Assembly: GCA_039802265.1 (NCBI GenBank)
Contig: JBDRWI010000002.1
Location: 6,430-70,429, forward strand
From: a candidate division WOR-3 bacterium
GTDB taxonomy: Bacteria; Hydrothermota; Tepidihabitantia; SM23-42; JAOAFX01
Direction: 5' to 3'
DNA: 64,000 nucleotides
The notes beneath the pieces are model-generated. The model was not told the origin of the DNA, did not search any database, and worked only from the letters and a program-made list of their open reading frames with translations. The translations under genes were made by a program, and so were the position numbers. Of the stretch, positions 50,041-58,599 are shown piece by piece. Within the stretch, counting starts at the first letter, position 1. Each line of letters starts with the position of its first letter.

Positions 50041-50934
50041 GTGAAAATTATGAAGTGGTTTGAGATAGTCTCCCGTATTGATCGAAGGATAATTTACTCT
50101 TTGCTTACAATATTTGTAATTATTCCATTTTTTTTAAAGATTAAAATACCCCAGAACATAATGCCCCAGACTGAACGTTTATTCAAATTTATTGAAGGGA
50201 TTCCACCTAATGATAAGGCGGTAATGCTCTCAATTGACTACACACCCCAGACTATGCCCGAATGTCATCCAATGGCAATCGCCCTGCTCAGACACTGCTT
50301 CAAAAAGGGGATTCCGGTGCTCGGTGTCTCTTTTGACCCTCAGGCACCTGGTCTGGCAGTGGTTGCATTCAATACTGTTGTTGATGAATTCAACCGGCAG
50401 GCGGGAAGCAGGAGTGATTCACTAATTTATGGCCGAGACTATGTGTATCTGGGATGGAAGTCAGGCCGGGTAGCGGCCCTTATTGAAATGGGGGAGGGGA
50501 TAACCGGAGTCTTTCCGAAGGACTACTTTGATAATGCCACCGATACACTAACCTTATTGAAGCGGATAGTCAATTATAAGGATATTGCACTGGTGGTTGT
50601 GTTGGCGGCAGGAGATTATCCACAAGAATGGATTCTATATGCCCAGACAAGGTATGGGGTTAAAATTGGTGCCGGACTAACTGCGGTGATGGCACCTAAG
50701 TACTATCCATTCCTGCAAACCGGGCAGTTTTCGGGTATGATGTCCGGAATGAAAGGCGCCGCTGAATATGAGAATTTGCTCGTAAGATATGGTTATGCTA
50801 CAGAAACGGGTAAGGCGGAGATGGCAATGAATTCCCAGACCCTTGTGCACCTCTTAATAATCTTTCTCATTGTTATTGGAAATATCGGTTATCTTGCTAC
50901 AAGAAAAGAATCGGTTAAAAGGTTAAATGGTTAA
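50041..50934 (+). CDS. Hypothetical membrane-anchored protein (TM, alpha/beta domain, TM)
   Basis: YGRDYVYLGW, PFLQTGQ..G...G.KGAAEYE. Confidence 0.75.
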   Translation: MKIMKWFEIVSRIDRRIIYSLLTIFVIIPFFLKIKIPQNIMPQTERLFKFIEGIPPNDKAVMLSIDYTPQTMPECHPMAIALLRHCFKKGIPVLGVSFDPQAPGLAVVAFNTVVDEFNRQAGSRSDSLIYGRDYVYLGWKSGRVAALIEMGEGITGVFPKDYFDNATDTLTLLKRIVNYKDIALVVVLAAGDYPQEWILYAQTRYGVKIGAGLTAVMAPKYYPFLQTGQFSGMMSGMKGAAEYENLLVRYGYATETGKAEMAMNSQTLVHLLIIFLIVIGNIGYLATRKESVKRLNG

Positions 50935-50999
50935 ATATTCAATTATTCAAAGGGCGTGATATATGACAGAAAAAGAATTTAACCATTTAACTAATTACC
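50913..50999. repeat. Inverted repeat with octamer-repeat arms (GGTTAAAW)x3 / (ATTTAACY)x2
   Basis: Left 50913-50936, right 50977-50999. Confidence 0.8.
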
Positions 51000-51009
51000 A
51001 GTTACCATT

Positions 51010-51630
51010 ATGAGCCCTGATCCCTGGGTCTGGATTGGTGCATTTCTGACCTTGATGATATTCTCATTTCTTTATAAAGACAATCCGCTGTATAAATTCG
51101 CCGAACATCTATTTGTTGGGGTAGCAAATGGTTATTACATTGTTTTTTACTGGCATCAGGCGCTCAAGCCCAATCTCTTGGAACCATTAAAAGAGGGAAA
51201 CTTTTTATATCTCATTCCCTTATTGCTCGGTCTATTATATTTTACAAAATTTATACCCAAGATTTCCTATCTTGTTCGCATTCCTATTGGATTTATGATT
51301 GGTTGGGGTGCCGGTATATCAATTCCAGCAAATCTACAGGGTTTCATCTTCAAACAACTTGAAGGAACGGTAATGACCCCTGTTAGTTTTAGGAGAATTG
51401 GCGAAGGTATATCATCATTGTTAATCCTTTTGGGTGTTATATGTACAGTTATCTATTTCTTCTTCTCCAAAGAACATAAAGGAATTCTTAGGATTGCCTC
51501 CAGGACCGGGATTATCTTTATTATGATTGGATTTGGCGCATCGTTTGGCTATACGGTTATGGCAAGGGTTAGCCTTTTAATTGGAAGGATTCAATTTTTG
51601 TTTGGTAACTGGCTCTGTATAATTCGTTAA
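51010..51630 (+). CDS. Hypothetical polytopic membrane protein
   Basis: FSFLYKDNPLYKFAEHLFVG, MIGFGASFGYTVMAR.SLL.GR. Confidence 0.75.
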   Translation: MSPDPWVWIGAFLTLMIFSFLYKDNPLYKFAEHLFVGVANGYYIVFYWHQALKPNLLEPLKEGNFLYLIPLLLGLLYFTKFIPKISYLVRIPIGFMIGWGAGISIPANLQGFIFKQLEGTVMTPVSFRRIGEGISSLLILLGVICTVIYFFFSKEHKGILRIASRTGIIFIMIGFGASFGYTVMARVSLLIGRIQFLFGNWLCIIR

Positions 51631-51644
51631 TTGAAAGGAGTACA

Positions 51645-52838
51645 ATGAAGAGCAAAGAGCATATTAAAATTATTAACAGATATAGTGCTAAAAATTATCT
51701 ACCCCTGCCTGTTGTCTTAAAAAGGGGAAGGGGAGTATGGGTCTGGGATGTTGAGGGAAAGAAATATCTTGATATGCTCAGTGCCTACTCAGCATTGAAT
51801 CAAGGGCATTGCCATCCTAAGATTTTAAGTGCCTTAAATAGGCAGGCTAAAACTTTGACCCTTACATCAAGGGCATTCCATAATGACCAGTTTGGACCCT
51901 TTTTAAAAAAACTCTGTAAGATTACCGGCTACCCGAGGGCTTTACCGATGAACTCAGGAGCTGAGGCAGTGGAAACCGCGATTAAGGCAGCACGAAAGTG
52001 GGGATATTATAAGAAAAAGGTGAAAGAAGATAGGGCAGAGATAATAGTGTGTGAAAACAATTTCCATGGTCGGACAACGACTATTGTGGGTTTTTCTACT
52101 GAAAAACAGTATCGCGCTGGATTTGGTCCTTTTACCCCCGGATTTAAGGTCATTCCCTATAATGACCCTAAGGCATTAGAGGATGCGATTACCGAGAATA
52201 CTGTTGGTTTTCTGGTGGAACCAATCCAGGGTGAAGGTGGGGTAATTGTTCCGGATGACGATTATTTAGTGCATTGTTTCCAAATCTGCAAGAAAAATAA
52301 TGTTTTATTGATTCTTGATGAAATCCAGACCGGGTTGGGCAGGACCGGCAAATTGTTTGCATATCAATATAGTGATATAAAACCGGATATATTGATTGTG
52401 GGGAAGGCATTGAGTGGTGGATTTTACCCGATTTCGGCAATCTTGGCTGACAATGAAATAATGGATGTCTTTAAACCCGGAGACCATGGCTCAACATTCG
52501 GTGGAAATCCCCTTGCCTGTGCGATTGGGATTGCAGCACTTGATGTAATTATTGAAGAGGGACTTCCTGAAAATGCCCAAAGACTGGGTGTTTGGTTTTT
52601 GAATGAGTTGAAGAAGATAGAAAGTCCAGTGATTAAAGAGGTAAGAGGCAAGGGTTTGTTGATTGGAGTGGAGTTGCGGGTGAAGGCACGCCGTTTCTGC
52701 GAGGAACTATTGGAGAATAGAATTCTTGCCAAGGAGACCCACGAGTATGTGGTTCGTTTTGCCCCACCACTGGTGATTACAGAAAAAGAATTAATTTGGG
52801 CACTCAAAAGGATAAAGAAAGTCTTTCAGGGGTGTTGA
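51645..52838 (+). CDS. rocD: Ornithine--oxo-acid transaminase
   Basis: YSALNQGHCHP, MNSGAEAVETA.K.ARKW, EPIQGEGG, DEIQTGLGRTG, GKALSGG. Confidence 0.95.
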   Translation: MKSKEHIKIINRYSAKNYLPLPVVLKRGRGVWVWDVEGKKYLDMLSAYSALNQGHCHPKILSALNRQAKTLTLTSRAFHNDQFGPFLKKLCKITGYPRALPMNSGAEAVETAIKAARKWGYYKKKVKEDRAEIIVCENNFHGRTTTIVGFSTEKQYRAGFGPFTPGFKVIPYNDPKALEDAITENTVGFLVEPIQGEGGVIVPDDDYLVHCFQICKKNNVLLILDEIQTGLGRTGKLFAYQYSDIKPDILIVGKALSGGFYPISAILADNEIMDVFKPGDHGSTFGGNPLACAIGIAALDVIIEEGLPENAQRLGVWFLNELKKIESPVIKEVRGKGLLIGVELRVKARRFCEELLENRILAKETHEYVVRFAPPLVITEKELIWALKRIKKVFQGC

Positions 52839-52862
52839 CAAAGATGTAAAGTCTATTATAAT
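52835..52862 (+). promoter_or_regulatory. Consensus sigma70 promoter TTGACA-N16-TATAAT for the tRNA-Arg transcript
   Basis: -35 box overlaps rocD stop codon. Confidence 0.8.
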
Positions 52863-52870
52863 TAGGCATC

Positions 52871-52976
52871 AAAAAGATAGTTTGTGGGTTTGGGTTGAGA
52901 AGCTGGTTTTATAGCAAAGGGCAATAAACCATTAACGAAACGAGCATCCTGACCCATAAACTATAAACTATCTTTT
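52871..52976 (+). repeat. Long imperfect hairpin filling the tRNA-Arg 5' leader
   Basis: AAAAGATAGTTT...AAACTATCTTTT perfect 12-bp ends, extendable with GU pairs. Confidence 0.75.
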
Positions 52977-52977
52977 A

Positions 52978-53051
52978 GCGCCTGTAGCTCAACTGGATAG
53001 AGCGACGGACTACGAATCCGTAGGCTGGGTGTTCAAGTCACCCCAGGCGCA
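52978..53051 (+). tRNA. tRNA-Arg (ACG)
   Basis: GCGCCTG/CAGGCGC acceptor; ACGGA-CTACGAA-TCCGT; GGGTG-TTCAAGT-CACCC. Confidence 0.96.
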
Positions 53052-53109
53052 AGTAGATTTTTCTTCTCCCATAGGGGGAGGAGGATTTAAGAGATTTAAG
53101 GAGGTTTAA

Positions 53110-53742
53110 ATGGTTGAAGGAATGGAAAAAAGATTGAACAGCGGGGAAGTACTGTTTAATGAAGGAGATAAGGGTGATGTGATGTATCTCATAAAAGAAG
53201 GGCAGATAAAGATTACCAAGGGTAGAGGTCCTGATGAGCGGGTTCTGGCAGTATTAAAAGAGGGAGATTTCTTTGGTGAAATGGCAATAATTGATGGTTC
53301 TCCCCGTTCGGCAACCGCGACTGCGGTAGTTCCAACTTCTCTTTTGATAATTGATAAAGAGACATTCAAGGCAAAGATTCGGGAGAATCCACTCATTGAA
53401 TATATCTTGGAGACACTCACAAAGAGATTAAGGAATGCTGATGAGCAGATTAAACTCCTTACCATAAAGAGTGAAGAGCGCCGGGTTGTTGCCTACATCA
53501 TCACCAAGGCAAAGGAAAGTGGTAAGAGTGTGCCGGAAGGTATTGAAATAGCACCATTCTCTTTTGACCAGATGGCTTATACCACCGGAATAGAGGTCAA
53601 TAAGATAAAGGATTATGTTAATAGACTTGCGCAGGTAAATCTGGTTAATTTGAAGGGAGATGCCCTTATTGTCAGGGGGATTGCAGACCTGGATGACTAT
53701 CTACGCTACATTGCCTTGAAGGAGAAGTTTGAGAAACTGTAA
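53110..53742 (+). CDS. Crp/Fnr-family cyclic-nucleotide-binding protein
   Basis: LFNEGDKGD.MY.I..G, GDFFGEMA..DGSPRSATA. Confidence 0.88.
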   Translation: MVEGMEKRLNSGEVLFNEGDKGDVMYLIKEGQIKITKGRGPDERVLAVLKEGDFFGEMAIIDGSPRSATATAVVPTSLLIIDKETFKAKIRENPLIEYILETLTKRLRNADEQIKLLTIKSEERRVVAYIITKAKESGKSVPEGIEIAPFSFDQMAYTTGIEVNKIKDYVNRLAQVNLVNLKGDALIVRGIADLDDYLRYIALKEKFEKL

Positions 53743-53754
53743 TTAAAAATATAT

Positions 53755-54822
53755 ATGGCAGTAGATACAAATTCACGAAAGACACTGGAGATAGAATTAG
53801 AGAAATTGAGCCATCTGCTTGGTTCTGATAAAATCCTGAAAAATCCCAATGAATATGCGCGCCTCTCGCGACAATTTAAAAAGACTCAACAGATCCTCCA
53901 GAAATATGAAGCATACGAGCGGATATTAAAGGAGATTAGAGACACTGAAGAGATTTTAAAACAGCCCAATCCCGAATTGCGAGAACTTGCCGAAATGGAG
54001 CTCGCCAATCTGAAAAAAAAACTTGATGAGATTGAATTTCAAATATATCAATTATCAAATCCCCGCTATGATGAATATCAGAAGAATTGTATCATTGAGA
54101 TTCGCGCCGGAGCAGGTGGTGATGAGGCAACCTTATTTGCGGCTGATTTATTCAGGATGTATGTGAAGTACCTTGAGAAGAAGGGATTGAAATATGAAGT
54201 CCTTTCTTCCCACCCGAGCGAGATAGGTGGTTATAAAGAGATTATCTTTCAGGTATCAGGTGATAGTGCGTATGGCACATTTCGCTTTGAAAGCGGTGTG
54301 CATCGTGTCCAGCGGATTCCCACCACTGAAGCCAGCGGCAGAATCCATACCTCCACCGTAACCATTGCAGTCTTACCCGAAATTGAGGAATCGCAGATTT
54401 CTATCTCTCCTGATGACCTCAAAATAGACACATTTCGGGCTGGCGGTCACGGAGGGCAGAATGTAAATAAGGTATCATCTGCGGTTCGGATTACACACCT
54501 TCCCACCGGTATTGTCGTTACCTGCCAGGATGAAAGGTCTCAATACCAGAATCGGGAAAAGGCAATGAGAATTTTGCGGGCGCGACTTGCTGCAATTGAG
54601 AGTGCAAAGAAGGAAGAGGAAATATCACGAAAACGGCGCAACCAGATTGGCACCGGTGAGCGCAGTGAAAAAATAAGGACCTATAACTTTCCGCAGAATC
54701 GCGTGACCGACCATCGAGCAGGAATTACCCTCTACAATTTACAGAATATTATGGATGGAGAGCTTGACCATTTAATTGAGGCATTAGTTAAATATGAGAG
54801 AGACAGTCAGAGAAATCTGTGA
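53755..54822 (+). CDS. prfA: Peptide chain release factor 1
   Basis: [12 protein letters not shown] (PxT), [21 protein letters not shown]; followed by prmC. Confidence 0.96.
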   Translation: MAVDTNSRKTLEIELEKLSHLLGSDKILKNPNEYARLSRQFKKTQQILQKYEAYERILKEIRDTEEILKQPNPELRELAEMELANLKKKLDEIEFQIYQLSNPRYDEYQKNCIIEIRAGAGGDEATLFAADLFRMYVKYLEKKGLKYEVLSSHPSEIGGYKEIIFQVSGDSAYGTFRFESGVHRVQRIPTTEASGRIHTSTVTIAVLPEIEESQISISPDDLKIDTFRAGGHGGQNVNKVSSAVRITHLPTGIVVTCQDERSQYQNREKAMRILRARLAAIESAKKEEEISRKRRNQIGTGERSEKIRTYNFPQNRVTDHRAGITLYNLQNIMDGELDHLIEALVKYERDSQRNL

Positions 54823-55609
54823 AGAACTGAACATCACCCAAAACGAAGCGGAACTCATTCTCTCAACCATTCTCGAAAGACCAAGGTTTGAAATATATCT
54901 TACCGGAGGACTGGATGAGAATCAGAAAAAAATTCTCAGATTGAGACTGACCCAGTTGAAAAATGGGGTACCGATTGAATATATCACCAAAAAGGTTCAG
55001 TTTCTTTCGTACCGGCTTGCGGTCTACCCGGGTGTTTTTATCCCCAGACTGGAGACTGAATATTTTGTTGAACTTATTTTTAAATTAATCAATTGTCCGG
55101 TAGAAAGAATCCTGGAAATTGGAACAGGCTGCGGTGCAATTGCAATAGCCCTTGCTGACTTCTTCACCAAAGCAATGGTCTTTGCTACTGATATATCCTA
55201 TCTTGCGCTGAAAAATGCCCGGGAAAATATTACACTTTTTAATCTCACTAACCGAATCCATCTTCTCGGTGCCGACCTCTTTGCACCAATCAAAGGTAAT
55301 TTTGACCTGATTGTCTCCAATCCTCCTTATGTTCCCTGCGAGCGCTTCAATCTCCTGCCTAAAAGTGTTCGGGAATTTGAACCCAGGAAGGCGATTGATG
55401 GTGGCAATAAGGGTGTCCAGATAATCAAAAGGATAATTGACTACAGCAGTGAGTTTATTAATGAGGATGGGCTTGTTGCCCTTGAGATTGAGGAGGAACA
55501 GGTCCCATACTTAACCACCTACATTAAGGAGAAAGGACTTACTTTTATCTTCAAAAAGGACCTTTTTGACCGGTATCGTTATCTATTCATTGGCAATTCT
55601 GTTTTATAG
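54794..55609 (+). CDS. prmC: Release factor glutamine methyltransferase
   Basis: [21 protein letters not shown]. Confidence 0.95.
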   Translation: MRETVREICEELNITQNEAELILSTILERPRFEIYLTGGLDENQKKILRLRLTQLKNGVPIEYITKKVQFLSYRLAVYPGVFIPRLETEYFVELIFKLINCPVERILEIGTGCGAIAIALADFFTKAMVFATDISYLALKNARENITLFNLTNRIHLLGADLFAPIKGNFDLIVSNPPYVPCERFNLLPKSVREFEPRKAIDGGNKGVQIIKRIIDYSSEFINEDGLVALEIEEEQVPYLTTYIKEKGLTFIFKKDLFDRYRYLFIGNSVL

Positions 55610-55614
55610 ACCTA

Positions 55615-56397
55615 ATGGAAAAAGTCAAAGTCGTAATCAATAGAAAGAAAGAGGAATCAAGAAAACATTTAAGATTACTACAAAAGGTTCTGAAAGAGAA
55701 ACATTTCAAAATCTCTGCAAATCCTGACTTTGTGATTGCACTTGGAGGTGATGGAACCCTGCTTGCAGCAGCATTCCTTTATGGCAGAAAGGGAATTCCT
55801 ATCCTGGGTGTAAACTCTGGTGGTTTGGGGTTTCTTACCGATGTCCAATTTTCTCAGGTTGATCGCGCTCTGGATATGATTAAAAATGGGAAATATTACA
55901 TAGAAAAGAGAATGGTAATTGAAGCACATTATGGCAGAATTAAACTTTACGCCCTTAATGACCTCACAATCTGCACGCACATTCCCGGAAGGGTAGTTGA
56001 ATTTTCCGCAAGCATAGATGGCGAATACCTATGCCGTTTTGTTGCGGATGGAATTATCGTTGCCACGCCCACTGGTTCAACTGCCTATTCACTGGCTACC
56101 GGTGGACCGATATTGCTCCCTACCACCGAGGCTTTCGTGCTTACCCCGATTTCACCCCACACCCTTTCTGTTCGGCCAATGGTTTTACCCAAGGAGGCGA
56201 AAATTGAGATACAGACGGGAAAGAAGGGCAGGGGAATCCTTGTTGCTGATGGTCAGCGGAGCAGATTAATTAAAAAAAGTGGCAGGATTTTATTCAAAAA
56301 GGCAAGCCATTATGTCCATCTTATAAAACCGAGGGGTACAACATTTTTCAATACACTGCGTGAGAAGATGAAATGGGGTGGCAGGGAAGATGCTTAA
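55615..56397 (+). CDS. nadK: NAD kinase
   Basis: LGGDGTLL, GLGFL, DGIIVATPTGSTAYSLA.GGP. Confidence 0.95.
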   Translation: MEKVKVVINRKKEESRKHLRLLQKVLKEKHFKISANPDFVIALGGDGTLLAAAFLYGRKGIPILGVNSGGLGFLTDVQFSQVDRALDMIKNGKYYIEKRMVIEAHYGRIKLYALNDLTICTHIPGRVVEFSASIDGEYLCRFVADGIIVATPTGSTAYSLATGGPILLPTTEAFVLTPISPHTLSVRPMVLPKEAKIEIQTGKKGRGILVADGQRSRLIKKSGRILFKKASHYVHLIKPRGTTFFNTLREKMKWGGREDA

Positions 56398-58051
56398 GTT
56401 TTTAAGCGTTAAAAATTTTGCTTTAATGGATGAACTGTCCCTTGATTTTGATAACGGTCTCACAATTATTACTGGCGAGACCGGTGCGGGCAAGTCTATG
56501 ATTGTAGAGGCAATAGGGGCACTGTGTGGTGAAAAGATTGATGACATTGCAATCAGAAGCGGGAAGGATTTTGCTGAGATCGCCGGAGTATTCCAGCCAT
56601 CAGATGAACTTATCACGATTCTAAGAAATTCGGGTATAGAGTTAGGGGACGAACTGATTATTAAAAGAAAAATACAACGGGGGAAAAAGCAGGTTTCTTA
56701 CATCAATGACCAGATTGTGAGTATAAATCTTTTAAAAGACATAACCCGAAATTTGATTGACCTGGTGGGTCAGCATGAGAATCAGTCTTTATTTAATCCA
56801 GCAAATCACCTTGAATTGCTTGACCGGTTTGCGGGAATTGAGAAATTAAAGAGTGAATATAGAAAAAATTTTTTAGAGTATATAAATTTAAAAAAGCGGT
56901 ATGAAGAATTGCAGAATAACCTTAAAGAGAAAAGTGAGCGGATAGAATTTATTAAATATGAAATTGATGAAATCACCCGGGCAGAATTGAAAATAGGTGA
57001 AGAAGAGGAATTGAATATGCAGAAAAATTTACTCTCAACAAAAGAGAAACGGCTTGCGCTGGTAAATCAGATTATATTTTTATTGTATGAATCAGAAACC
57101 GGTGTTTATGGCAACTTATCCAGGGTAGATAGGCTTTTTGGTGAACTTATCCAACTTGACCCAACACTGAATAACCTTGCCGCTGATGTTGAATCTGCCA
57201 CTGAACGTATTGGCGAAATCTACCGGCAGATGATAGATTATCGTGAAGGAATCAATTTCAGCGAAGAGAAGATGGAGGAGATTCTTACCCGGCTTGATTT
57301 AATAAACCGTCTTAAAAAAAAGTACAAGAGGGATGTCGGGGGGATTATCAATTATCTGCAACAGATAAAAGATGAATTGGCGCAGAGTACAGTTAGTGAA
57401 GACCAACTGAAACAAATCAGGGAACAGATTACCCAATCTGAAACAAAGGTTCAGAGACAGGCCGAAGAACTTTCATCAAAAAGGAAAAGTGGCGCCCAAA
57501 AAATGACAAAGGAGATTTTACAGGTGCTTAAGAGATTAGGTATGGAGAAGGCAAAGTTTGAAGTAAGATTTGAAAAGAAGGAATTAGCTGAAGATGGTTT
57601 TGATTCGGCAGAATTTTACATTTCAACAAATCCAGGTGAGGAATTAAAGCCCTTACGCAAGATCGGTTCGGGTGGGGAAATCTCAAGGATTATTCTGGGG
57701 TTGAAGACAATCCTTTCGGAAATAGATAGGATACCAATCTTAATCTTTGACGAGGTTGATACTGGCATTGGTGGCAGGATTGCCGAGGCTGTTGGTGAAC
57801 TTCTCCTGGAGGTGAGTAAGAAACATCAAATTATCTGTATCACGCATCTCCCGCAGATTTCGGTATTTGGTCAGAGTCACATCTTGGTAAAAAAAGAGAT
57901 AAAAGACCGCTCAACATTTATTAGGGTTTTGAAACTTGACCAAGAATCAAGAAAGATGGAGATTGCCCGGATGCTTGCCGGGAAAGAAATTACGGAAAAG
58001 GTTGTCCAGCATGCTGAGGAGATGCTAAAGAAAGTAAAAGTTAATGAATAA
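56390..58051 (+). CDS. recN: DNA repair protein RecN
   Basis: TGETGAGKS, GQHE, SGGEISR, FDEVDTGIGG, ITHLPQ. Confidence 0.96.
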   Translation: MLKFLSVKNFALMDELSLDFDNGLTIITGETGAGKSMIVEAIGALCGEKIDDIAIRSGKDFAEIAGVFQPSDELITILRNSGIELGDELIIKRKIQRGKKQVSYINDQIVSINLLKDITRNLIDLVGQHENQSLFNPANHLELLDRFAGIEKLKSEYRKNFLEYINLKKRYEELQNNLKEKSERIEFIKYEIDEITRAELKIGEEEELNMQKNLLSTKEKRLALVNQIIFLLYESETGVYGNLSRVDRLFGELIQLDPTLNNLAADVESATERIGEIYRQMIDYREGINFSEEKMEEILTRLDLINRLKKKYKRDVGGIINYLQQIKDELAQSTVSEDQLKQIREQITQSETKVQRQAEELSSKRKSGAQKMTKEILQVLKRLGMEKAKFEVRFEKKELAEDGFDSAEFYISTNPGEELKPLRKIGSGGEISRIILGLKTILSEIDRIPILIFDEVDTGIGGRIAEAVGELLLEVSKKHQIICITHLPQISVFGQSHILVKKEIKDRSTFIRVLKLDQESRKMEIARMLAGKEITEKVVQHAEEMLKKVKVNE

Positions 58052-58568
58052 AAATTTTACCGTATCCAACATCATTACCATCAGTCGGCTGGTATTACTG
58101 CCATTTATTGTTATATTTTTACTCAACGAAATGCGCTTGGGGGCGTTTATCCTTATGGTGCTTGCCCTTATCTCCGATGTTATTGATGGCTATTTTGCCC
58201 GAATTTTACATCAGGAGACGGAACTTGGTAGATTACTTGACCCCCTATGTGATAAACTCTCTCTATTAGTTATTTTGATAACCCTGCTTTTGATAAATGC
58301 AATTCCATTATGGGCAGTTGTCATCATTATTATGCGGGACATCTTGATCATCGTTGGCAGTTTTGTCCTTTTCAAACGCCGCTCGGTAATATACAAATCA
58401 AATATCTTTGGGAAAATAACCGGTTTCCTTTTTGGAGCAATGATTCTTGCCTTTACCCTGAACTTATCTAAATGGGGTATGTTCTTTTTATACTTTTCAA
58501 TTCCTGCAATGACTGGTGCCTTTATTACTTATCTCGTGCGATTTTTAAAGGCAATCCGGGCGGCTTAA
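58044..58568 (+). CDS. pgsA: CDP-alcohol phosphatidyltransferase (PgsA-like)
   Basis: N.IT.SR, D..DGY.AR......LG..LDP.CDK. Confidence 0.85.
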   Translation: MNKNFTVSNIITISRLVLLPFIVIFLLNEMRLGAFILMVLALISDVIDGYFARILHQETELGRLLDPLCDKLSLLVILITLLLINAIPLWAVVIIIMRDILIIVGSFVLFKRRSVIYKSNIFGKITGFLFGAMILAFTLNLSKWGMFFLYFSIPAMTGAFITYLVRFLKAIRAA

Positions 58569-58599
58569 AGGAATTACCCTGTTTCTTTTTCTGATCTTT

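Noticed and set aside
52830-52865. Second Gly-Cys-TGA at the end of rocD as a Sec codon
   Set aside because: The protein is already full length, the frame closes at TAG after 8 more codons, there is no SECIS-like hairpin, and the TGA is part of a TTGACA promoter box
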